From an uncultured delta proteobacterium (GTDB lineage Bacteria > Myxococcota_A > Polyangia > Polyangiales > Houyiibacteriaceae), in assembly GCA_963845195.1 (NCBI GenBank), contig CAWJRH010000004.1:1796343-1860342 (forward strand): DNA of 64,000 nucleotides, read 5' to 3'. The notes beneath the pieces were generated by a model, which saw only the letters and a list, made by a program, of their open reading frames with translations, had not been told where the DNA came from and made no database searches. Both the position numbers and the translations under genes were made by a program. This document shows, one piece after another, positions 49,638-57,927 of this stretch (within the stretch, counting starts at the first letter, position 1; each line of letters begins with the position of its first letter).

Positions 49638-52600
49638 CTATTCGGCGGCTTCGGCGGCGGGGACGGGGCGCTTTTCTCCGCGGAGCTCGACCGAGACGAG
49701 CTTCGAGACGCCAGGCTGCTCCATAGTCACGCCATACAGCACATCCGCGTATTCCATCGTGCGCTTCGAGTGGGTGATAATGATGAACTGCGAACGCTCA
49801 GTCATCTGCTGGATCGTCTCGGCAAAGCGACCGATGTTCGCCTCATCGAGCGGTGCATCTACCTCGTCGAGGAGACAGAACGGGCTCGGCTTGTACTGGA
49901 AGATCGCGAAAATCATCGCGACCGCCGTCAGTGCCTTCTCCCCACCACTCATCAACTCGAGTGACCCAAGTCGCTTGCCCGGGGGTTGGGCGATGATCTC
50001 GACGCCCGTCTCGAGCATGTCCTTCGGGTCGGTAAGCTTGAGTTCTGCACGGCCGCCTCGGAACAGCATCGGGAAGATGCGCTTGAAGCGCTCGTTGATC
50101 GCCGTGAACGCCTCACGGAAGAGCGCCCGACTCTCCTTGTTCATCTGACGAATCGCACGCTCGAGTTTCGTCAGCGCCTCTTCGAGGTCGGTCCGCTGGG
50201 AGGTGAGGTACTCGTAGCGCCCAGCCTTCTCCTCGTATTCCTCGATAGCAGTAAGATTGATCTCGCCCATGCGGTCGATGAGATGCTGCAGTTCGGCAGC
50301 GCGAGCGGTAACCTCCGCGTCCGGAATCGGCCGCGCATGGTAGTCGCCAATCACATGAGGAAGCTCCACCCGGTGCTTGTCGAGAACCTGGTCGTCGAGG
50401 TGTTCGGCTGCCATCGTGAGCTCGCGCTCGCGCAGTGTGAGCGCATTGAGCTTGGTCGACTGCTGATCGATAGCCCCGCGAAGCTCCTTGAGCCGCACCT
50501 CCGAATCACCAAGCGTTATCTGCGCTTCGTCGAAACGGGCACGATGGTTCGCCAGGTCATCTCGCGCGCCGTGCGCGTCGTGCGCAGCCTCATCGAGTCG
50601 CCCCCGATGAAGAAGTATGCGCCCTGCCGCCTGACCGCGATCGCGGTGCGCGATTGACACGTCCTCTTGCAGCCGCGCCTCTCGCGCATCGAGCTCACCA
50701 ATCGCGCTTTCGAGTTGACGAAGAATCGACCGCTCGCGATCGGCGCGTTCGTGGGCCTGCGTCGCGCGGACCTTGACCTCCGTGACCCGAGCCATTTGGT
50801 CGTCGACGACTCGGCGCCGCTCGGTCAACACGCTCTCGGCGACCCTCACGGTTTCCTCGGCTTCGGACGCAGCCGCCTGGGCCTCCGCCAGAGCACGTCG
50901 AGTCGCAGTCTCGTCGACGTCGATCTGTGTCAGCGCGTGCCGCACGTCGGTCTCAGTATCGGCGAGCTGCCGGCGGCGATTCGCTGCACCCTCGAGCTCG
51001 GTTTCGACGGCTCTGAGGTCGCGCTCGACGCCCAAGATCTGTAGCTCGGCATCGTGCGCCTCGGCGCGCGCAGCATCGATGGCCGCCTGGCGTTCGGCGA
51101 TGGTTACCCGGAGCCGGCCCTGATCGGTGGTAGCCCGCTCGAGCTCAGCTTCTTGAAGCGCGACAGCCTCGCCAAGTTCCCGGATTTCGCGCTGCATGCG
51201 GATGAGGTGTTCCGCCGATTCGTCTTCGGCGCCGCCCTCCACGGCACCGTCGGGTCGAAGCAGCTGACCGTCGAGCGTGACGAGTCGTCCTTGGAACCCG
51301 TCGGCGTGGAGCCGCGAGGCAACCGACATCGTGTCGACCAGGAGAACGTCGTAGAGAAGATACTGGACCCAGTCCTGGTCTTCACGACCTGCGCGCACCA
51401 GGCTCGACAGGGGGCCAACGATCCCTTCGCCCGTAGGCGCCAGCGGCACGACGCGAGGCGAGCTCTTCGGCGTTCGTGGTAGAAAAGTCGCCCTGCCCTT
51501 GCCTTCGCGAGCGAGGTAATCGGCAGCCCGTAGCGCCGCATCGGTATCCTGGACGAGCAGATACTCGAGCGCTTCGCCCAGTGCGGCGCCGAGCGCGCGA
51601 GTGTGCTCATTGGCGCACTCGAGCCTGTCGGCGACGAGGCCAACCAACCCTACCTGCGCGACGTCGTCTGCCGCGTACTGCGTCATCACGGCCTGAACGC
51701 CGGCGCCAACCCCTTCGAATCGCGCGTGAATCTCGTTCAGCGAGTCGAGCCGCGACCGGGTTATCGCCAGGCGTTCGCGCATCGCGTCGACGTCCGCGTC
51801 GATCGACTGAAGCGACTGCCGGTCGGTTCCTAGGGAGGTCTCGATCTCGTTGTGGCGCTCGCCGGTCGCCAGACGGTCGGTCTTGAGTCCCACCATGCGC
51901 GCGTCGAGTTCACCACGCTGCTGCGCGAGGTCGACCTCGCGGTTCGACAGCGCCTGCGCTTCGTCATGAAGCTTTGCGATGCGGTCTCGGATTTCCTCGC
52001 GTCGGGCTTCGAACCCACCGAGAACAGCCTCACCGCGCGCGATCTGCGCTCTGGCTTCGGAGAGACGTCCGCGTGCAGCCTGCACCTCGAGCTCTGCCTC
52101 ATGTGCGTGACTCTTGCGCGAACCGAGTTCCGAATCTGCATCGGCCAGCGTGGCTTCGGCTTTGGTCTCTAGGAGTTCGAGGTCTTGCAACGCAGAACGC
52201 AGGGTGGTCGTTTCATCGCGAAGACTCGTCCTGCGCTCTTCAAGCTGCTCGAGCTCACGAGCCGCAAGCTGTTCACGTTGTTCGAGCGCGGTCTGTCGGT
52301 CTTGCTGCTGTCGAATCAGCCCTTCGAGATGACGGACCATGTTGTCGAGCTCGTACGCGTGAGCTTGCCCTCGCTCGACGTTAGAACTTATCTGCTGCAG
52401 CGCGACACGCTCGGCTTCGACCGAAGCCTCGTGCGCGATCAGGGCGCGGCGGCTCGCCTGCACCTCATCGTTTGCAGTCGATAAGGAGTGCTCGACGGCA
52501 CGCGTCTCGCCTCGGAGTTCGAGGAACCGATGCGACGCAACCCAGAGATCGAGGTCGCGCATCTCCTTCTTATAGCGCTTGTACCGTTCGGCCTTTTGAG

Positions 52601-53234
52601 CCTGCCGCTTGAGGGACGCGAGGCTTCGTTCGAGTTCGCCGATGATGTCCGTCACCCGCAACAGGTTTTGCCGGGTCTGATCCATCTTGCGCTCAGCGGC
52701 GCGCTTGCTGAGCTTGAACTTACTCACGCCCGCCGCCTCTTCGATCATCGAGCGGCGGTCTTCTGGCTTGGAGGTGACGATGAAGCCGATGCGGCCCTGC
52801 TCGATGATCGAGTAGGCCCGCTTGCCGACGCCGGTGCCGAGGAAGAGGTTGGTGATATCGAGCAGCCGGACCGGGGTCTTGTTGATCGCGTAGTCGCTGC
52901 GCCCTTGGCGATCGAGCCTTCTGGTGACCTGAATCTCTGCGTAGTCCCTGTATTCGGGGGGCGCCAGACCGTCGGTGTTGTCGAAGGTGATCGTGACGTC
53001 GGCAAAGCCATGCGGGCCGCGGCCCTCGGCGCCGCTGAAGATCACGTCTTCCATGTGCTTGCCGCGCAGACGCGAGGGCGATTGCTCACCCATGACCCAC
53101 TTCATCGCGTCCACGATGTTCGACTTGCCGCAGCCGTTCGGGCCGACGATGCATGTCACATCGTGATCGAAGTGGACCACGGTAGGGTCCACAAAGGACT
53201 TGAAGCCAGTGATTTCGAGCTTCTTGATCTTCAA
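49638..53234 (-). CDS. smc: Chromosome segregation protein SMC
   Basis: GFKSF, GPNGCGKSN, coiled coils, hinge, MSGGEK, LLDEVDAPLD, ITH. Confidence 0.98.
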   Translation of the reverse strand: MKIKKLEITGFKSFVDPTVVHFDHDVTCIVGPNGCGKSNIVDAMKWVMGEQSPSRLRGKHMEDVIFSGAEGRGPHGFADVTITFDNTDGLAPPEYRDYAEIQVTRRLDRQGRSDYAINKTPVRLLDITNLFLGTGVGKRAYSIIEQGRIGFIVTSKPEDRRSMIEEAAGVSKFKLSKRAAERKMDQTRQNLLRVTDIIGELERSLASLKRQAQKAERYKRYKKEMRDLDLWVASHRFLELRGETRAVEHSLSTANDEVQASRRALIAHEASVEAERVALQQISSNVERGQAHAYELDNMVRHLEGLIRQQQDRQTALEQREQLAARELEQLEERRTSLRDETTTLRSALQDLELLETKAEATLADADSELGSRKSHAHEAELEVQAARGRLSEARAQIARGEAVLGGFEARREEIRDRIAKLHDEAQALSNREVDLAQQRGELDARMVGLKTDRLATGERHNEIETSLGTDRQSLQSIDADVDAMRERLAITRSRLDSLNEIHARFEGVGAGVQAVMTQYAADDVAQVGLVGLVADRLECANEHTRALGAALGEALEYLLVQDTDAALRAADYLAREGKGRATFLPRTPKSSPRVVPLAPTGEGIVGPLSSLVRAGREDQDWVQYLLYDVLLVDTMSVASRLHADGFQGRLVTLDGQLLRPDGAVEGGAEDESAEHLIRMQREIRELGEAVALQEAELERATTDQGRLRVTIAERQAAIDAARAEAHDAELQILGVERDLRAVETELEGAANRRRQLADTETDVRHALTQIDVDETATRRALAEAQAAASEAEETVRVAESVLTERRRVVDDQMARVTEVKVRATQAHERADRERSILRQLESAIGELDAREARLQEDVSIAHRDRGQAAGRILLHRGRLDEAAHDAHGARDDLANHRARFDEAQITLGDSEVRLKELRGAIDQQSTKLNALTLRERELTMAAEHLDDQVLDKHRVELPHVIGDYHARPIPDAEVTARAAELQHLIDRMGEINLTAIEEYEEKAGRYEYLTSQRTDLEEALTKLERAIRQMNKESRALFREAFTAINERFKRIFPMLFRGGRAELKLTDPKDMLETGVEIIAQPPGKRLGSLELMSGGEKALTAVAMIFAIFQYKPSPFCLLDEVDAPLDEANIGRFAETIQQMTERSQFIIITHSKRTMEYADVLYGVTMEQPGVSKLVSVELRGEKRPVPAAEAAE

Positions 53235-53377
53235 AGTGCCCCCGAGAGGATTCCTCCCTCTGCGGTATCACTGAACAAAACCCCGTGCAACGATTTGCGC
53301 GACCAGAAGCGCCGCTCACTTGGTGAGCCCCACAACATGTAGTGGTTCACTCCGGACCACCGCCCCAAGGGCGAAGC

Positions 53378-54214
53378 TCAGTGCGTTTCGGCCTTGCTGG
53401 TTTCGGTCGCGGCGGCCACTTCGGGCGTCGTCGCGTCGATCGCTTCGGGGCGCCTCGACGGCCCGCGATCGATCAGAAACTGGAGGAAAGCCCGCGCCGT
53501 CTCGAGGTCTTCTGGGCCGAGAGCGCCCACGAGTTCGAACAGGGCTCGTCGCGGGTCGTCGGCCTTGGGTCGGCTGTAGCCGGGAGCAAGCGCACCCGTA
53601 CCCCTGGGAGTGTGGACCTCGGAACGGGTCGGCCCCGCTGCACCCTGGGTCGCGGAATCGCCGGATCCCGTCGTGGCTTCCGCGATGACGGAGGCGTCTG
53701 GCTGCACTTCGTCGGCAGTCGGAACGTGCCACTTCGGCCGCTCCACCGGCCGGACCCCATGGGCCGTCAGCCACGACTCCATGCAGGAACGCAGTCGCTC
53801 CGACCTGAACGCGAACCACCGCTCACGATCGATCGGATGACTCATCAGTGCGTCTTTGAAGCGCCGGAACGCACCCTTGCCGTCGATCGCGACGTTGAGC
53901 CTACGTGCCAGTTCCGGCTCCTCAACCGTCGCGATGAAGCGCTCCATCCAGCGATATTGCTCGCGCGACGAGACGGGATCGATCCGCAGGTAGCGGGCGT
54001 CACTCAGGATCCGTGTATGCATCGCCGGATCGGCAACGCCGTCCACGATGCGAATGACCTCTCCGGTGTCAAAGTGAAGATAACTATGCACCTCGGGTGC
54101 ATTGTTCTCGAAGGCGTCTTCGAGCGCCTCCCATGCGACAGGAACTTCTAGCTGGGGTTTGTTCTGTTTCTCTTGTGCAACTTCGTTGTCTTGCCCGACA
54201 TCATGCTCTTTCAT
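53378..54214 (-). CDS. UPF0158 family protein with low-complexity linker and small C-terminal helical domain
   Basis: SYLHFDTGEV, SSREQYRWMERF, AIDGKGAFRRFKDAL, WFAF; ATG overlaps glpK stop. Confidence 0.85.
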   Translation of the reverse strand: MKEHDVGQDNEVAQEKQNKPQLEVPVAWEALEDAFENNAPEVHSYLHFDTGEVIRIVDGVADPAMHTRILSDARYLRIDPVSSREQYRWMERFIATVEEPELARRLNVAIDGKGAFRRFKDALMSHPIDRERWFAFRSERLRSCMESWLTAHGVRPVERPKWHVPTADEVQPDASVIAEATTGSGDSATQGAAGPTRSEVHTPRGTGALAPGYSRPKADDPRRALFELVGALGPEDLETARAFLQFLIDRGPSRRPEAIDATTPEVAAATETSKAETH

Positions 54215-55710
54215 TGTATTCCCATATCGCTACGCGCTCGCCGTACCGCGTCGCGCCATCGCCCAAGATGCGTAAGTCGTGCCTCTGCAGTCATCGTGGG
54301 TTCAAAGCTACGCTCAATACGGTAAGCATCGACTAAAGATTCTAGACCGTCGAAGACTCCGACGGCCATCCCGGCCAAGTAAGCGGCGCCGAGCGCCGTC
54401 GTTTCGATAGATTCAGGTCGATCGATGGTGACCCCAAGTACGTCAGATTGGAATTGCATGAGTAAGTCATTGAGAGCCGCGCCACCGTCGACTCGAAGTC
54501 TGCTTATAGGCCGACCTGCATCCGCCTGCATAGCGTCCACCAGGTCGACGATTTGGAAGGCAATGCCTTCGAGGGTCGCGCGCGCCACGTGAGCGACTGT
54601 CGAATCGCGGGTCAACCCGTAGATCAGTCCGCGGGCTTTGGGATCCCAATGCGGTGCGCCGAGCCCCGCCAGCGCGGGAACGAAGACCACATCGCCCGCG
54701 CTTTCAACCTGCTCGGCGAGTCGTTCGACGTCGGCCGATTCGTCGATCACCTTCAAGCCGTCGCGAAGCCACTGAACCGCTGCGCCCGCGATGAAAGCGC
54801 TCCCCTCGAACGCGTACGTCGTTTGATCGCCCAGCTTCCAAGCTACTGTCGTGAGGAGATTGTTCTGGGAAATCGTCGGAGTATCGCCGATGTTCATCAG
54901 TAGAAATGCACCGGTACCGTAGGTGCATTTGGCGTTGCCGACCTCGAAGCAGGTCTGGCCGAAGAGCGCAGCCTGCTGATCGCCTGCCATCCCTGCGATC
55001 GGAATTCCGTCGACGAGGCCAGGCACGCCGGAGGTCGTGGCGTAAACCTCGGAACAGCTCCGCACCTCGGGGAGCAGAGCCATCGGCACACCAAGCTCGG
55101 CGGCCAGCTCCTCGTCCCACCGGTTGCTCCGAATGTCGTAGAGCAGCGTGCGGGAAGCATTCGACGCGTCGGTGACGTGCGCCTTGCCGCCTGAAAGTCG
55201 GTACACGAGCCAAGAATCAATCGTGCCGAACGCAAGTTCCCCAGAGGCCGCCCGGCTCGCGGCTCCGTCGACGTTGCGCAGGAGCCACTCGAGCTTGGTG
55301 CCGGCCAAGTACGGGTCGAGCACCAGGCCGGTGCGTTCGCGAAACATCGGCTCCTTGCCCGCGGCCCGCAGCTCCGCACAGCGATCGGTGGTGCGCCGAT
55401 CCTGCCATACGATAGCTCGATGAAGCGCCTTGCCGGACGCGCGCTCCCAGAGAACGGTCGTCTCCCGCTGATTGGTGATACCGATGCCAAGACAGTCGGC
55501 GGACGATAGGCCGGTCTCGCTCAGGGCATCCCTGATGGCGGCGCAGACACTCGACCAGATTTCCTCGAGATCGTGTTCGACCCAGCTCGGTTTCGGAAAG
55601 TGCTGCGGAAACTCGTGGCCGGACTTGCCGAGAAGCCGTCCCTCGGGGGACAGAACGACGGCGGTGGACCCAGTGGTCCCCTGATCGATCGCCAAAAGAA
55701 AGCCCGACAT
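54211..55710 (-). CDS. glpK: Glycerol kinase
   Basis: AIDQGTTGS, ITNQRETT, WQDRRT, TDASNASRT, AGDQQAAL, KCTYGTG, VDGGAA; start ATG 55710. Confidence 0.97.
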   Translation of the reverse strand: MSGFLLAIDQGTTGSTAVVLSPEGRLLGKSGHEFPQHFPKPSWVEHDLEEIWSSVCAAIRDALSETGLSSADCLGIGITNQRETTVLWERASGKALHRAIVWQDRRTTDRCAELRAAGKEPMFRERTGLVLDPYLAGTKLEWLLRNVDGAASRAASGELAFGTIDSWLVYRLSGGKAHVTDASNASRTLLYDIRSNRWDEELAAELGVPMALLPEVRSCSEVYATTSGVPGLVDGIPIAGMAGDQQAALFGQTCFEVGNAKCTYGTGAFLLMNIGDTPTISQNNLLTTVAWKLGDQTTYAFEGSAFIAGAAVQWLRDGLKVIDESADVERLAEQVESAGDVVFVPALAGLGAPHWDPKARGLIYGLTRDSTVAHVARATLEGIAFQIVDLVDAMQADAGRPISRLRVDGGAALNDLLMQFQSDVLGVTIDRPESIETTALGAAYLAGMAVGVFDGLESLVDAYRIERSFEPTMTAEARLTHLGRWRDAVRRARSDMGIQ

Positions 55711-55785
55711 GCGAGCGGAGACGGTACGAAGCGCGGGCTCCAAAGTAAAGGGCAACCTCGGCGTCGAGGTCCCACGGGTCGGCCG

Positions 55786-56883
55786 CTACTCCTCGATCCA
55801 CTCCGCGAACCGAGACCAGGGCTCTCCGAGTTGGCCTTGCAATCGGACGGAAAGCTCCTGGGTCGAAGCGTCCTGAACGGCCCCGTTCTGGTCCGCGCGG
55901 CCAAGGCAGACCATCGCAGCAAGCTTCTGATCACGGGCCGATAGCGCTTGAGCCAGGAGCGCAAAAGCCTCGAACTCCTCCGTCCCGAGGGTAATGGCAC
56001 GCCTTAAAAGACCGATTGCCTCGCCGTGCTTGGCGGAAGCGACGGAGGCGCGCCCCAGCGCCAAATACAGGCTCGCTGCTCTCGGGGAGTCGCCGGCCCA
56101 CTGGATTCCGAGGCGCAGCACCTCGTTCGCGGCCTCATAGTCGCCGAGGCCCGCATAGGCAGAACCGAGAAGGTCGAGGCTGAGCGAGAGCTGGCCGTGA
56201 GCCTCCGGGGCGAGCTCGGAAGCCTCCCCGGTCCGAATCAACATCGAGATCGGCGTGAGCCAAGGGCTGAGCATGCTGACCGTGGCGCCGAAATTCCCCT
56301 GCTCGTTGGCGACCTCGGCCTGTGGAATCAGCCCGAGGTCGATCGCCATCTCTCCACTGCTCCTCCGCACCGCGAGTTCGGTCCGCACCCGCTCGTCTAG
56401 GATGTCTCGAAAGTCCTCGAGTGAAAGCACGTGCCGCACGTCGTTGAACTGAAGGCTGACCTCCGCCAGGCCGGCCTCGAGCTTGAGCTCCAATGGCTTC
56501 ACGTCGAACAGCGCAGCCTGGAGCAGATAGCGGCCGCCAATGTAGGCCTGCAGCGCCTCGATGTCGGGCACCTCGGGAAGCGGAGTCGTTCGAATCGGCT
56601 GGAGCAGCACCTTGCCGACGAGCTGACGGAACTCCTCGGTGCCGGACTGCTGCGGTGACTCTTCTGCGGGGAGCACGAACTCGACGATCATCCGGTCCGC
56701 AGCTGCGCGATCGGGCGCGAGGGACACGATCCGCACGCCCGCGATCAGAGCCAGCCCGAGCGTAGTGCGGCCGATGAGTTCCGCGGCAGCCTGGAAATCC
56801 TCGGACTGCTCGAGCAACTTGTCGAACCACCCCTCGGGTCGCGCCGCCGCAAGGTCGAACGACCTGCCTTCCGTTCCCGTCAT
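55786..56883 (-). CDS. Hypothetical protein with C-terminal TPR repeats
   Basis: 365-aa ORF with genome-typical codon use, TPR-like LYLALGRAS...HGEAIGLLRRAI; 1-nt gap to the epimerase gene. Confidence 0.75.
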   Translation of the reverse strand: MTGTEGRSFDLAAARPEGWFDKLLEQSEDFQAAAELIGRTTLGLALIAGVRIVSLAPDRAAADRMIVEFVLPAEESPQQSGTEEFRQLVGKVLLQPIRTTPLPEVPDIEALQAYIGGRYLLQAALFDVKPLELKLEAGLAEVSLQFNDVRHVLSLEDFRDILDERVRTELAVRRSSGEMAIDLGLIPQAEVANEQGNFGATVSMLSPWLTPISMLIRTGEASELAPEAHGQLSLSLDLLGSAYAGLGDYEAANEVLRLGIQWAGDSPRAASLYLALGRASVASAKHGEAIGLLRRAITLGTEEFEAFALLAQALSARDQKLAAMVCLGRADQNGAVQDASTQELSVRLQGQLGEPWSRFAEWIEE

Positions 56884-56884
56884 C

Positions 56885-57850
56885 TCAGCCCTCGCCCGCG
56901 AGCCTACTCCGGTACCAGTCGATGGTGGCGCCGAGGCCCTCTTCGAGCTCGACCTGTGCCCTAAAGCCGAGCAGCGACTCGGCCTTCTTCACATCGGGAA
57001 TGCGAAGTTCGACGTCCGGGAAGTCCCAGTCGACGAACTCGAGTCGGGACCCGCTGCCGGTGAGACGCAAGATCACCTGCGCAAGCTGATAGATCGTGAC
57101 CGTGCTGCGCGGGTTACCGATGTTGAAGCTTTCACCGATCGCCTCGTCTCGTTCAAGAGCGAGGCCGATCGCGTCGACGATATCGTCGATGTAACACCAC
57201 GACCGAATCTGATCGCCCTCGTTGTGGATATGAATCGGCTCGCCTTTGAGCGCGCGTACGACGAAGGCGTGAACCGCCCCTTCCCCCACCTGACCGGGCC
57301 CGTAGATGTTGAACGGCCGAATCGAGACCGTCGGCAACGAGAACTGCTTCCAGTAGTTATGCGCCAGGTGCTCGGTCGCCAGTTTGCTCACAGCGTAGGT
57401 CCACCGAGCCTCACCCACTGCGCCGAGTGAGGTAACGTCGGCCTCCCGCACCCGAAACGCGTAGGAGCCGAATACCTCGCTCGTCGAGAAATCGAGGACT
57501 CGCTTCACGCCGTGGCAGTCGTTGGCGGCGCGAAGCACGTTCATGGTTCCCTCCAGTGAAATCTCCATGGTCATCACGGGGTTCTTGAGCACCGTGTCCA
57601 CCCCAGCGATGGACGCCATGTGTACGATGTAGTCGCAGCCCATCACGGCCCTTCGAACCGCGGTCATGTCCCGCACGTCGCCCACGACGAGTTCGACGTT
57701 GGGATGGTGGTCGAGTCCGGCCTCGCTGAGGGCGTTTCGGCGCAGGATGTCCAGGACACGGATCTGATTCCGATCGGCCAACCGCGCCGCGAGCGCGGTA
57801 CCGATGAACCCGGCCCCCCCGGTGATCAGCAGCTTTGCCCCTTCCAACAT
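56885..57850 (-). CDS. NAD-dependent epimerase/dehydratase (extended SDR, nucleotide-sugar)
   Basis: TGGAGFIG, STSEVFG, YAVSK, RPFNIYGP, RSWCYIDD, FNIGN. Confidence 0.93.
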   Translation of the reverse strand: MLEGAKLLITGGAGFIGTALAARLADRNQIRVLDILRRNALSEAGLDHHPNVELVVGDVRDMTAVRRAVMGCDYIVHMASIAGVDTVLKNPVMTMEISLEGTMNVLRAANDCHGVKRVLDFSTSEVFGSYAFRVREADVTSLGAVGEARWTYAVSKLATEHLAHNYWKQFSLPTVSIRPFNIYGPGQVGEGAVHAFVVRALKGEPIHIHNEGDQIRSWCYIDDIVDAIGLALERDEAIGESFNIGNPRSTVTIYQLAQVILRLTGSGSRLEFVDWDFPDVELRIPDVKKAESLLGFRAQVELEEGLGATIDWYRSRLAGEG

Positions 57851-57927
57851 GCTCCCTTGATGGAGCTAGCATGATCGGGACGACCAGGTCGAGAAACACC
57901 GGTCGCTTTACATGAAGCGCGGCACGT

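Noticed and set aside
53235-53377. parS site or scpAB next to smc
   Set aside because: No TGTTTCACGTGAAACA-like palindrome; only a short GCTCAC-TTG-GTGAGC hairpin of unclear meaning.
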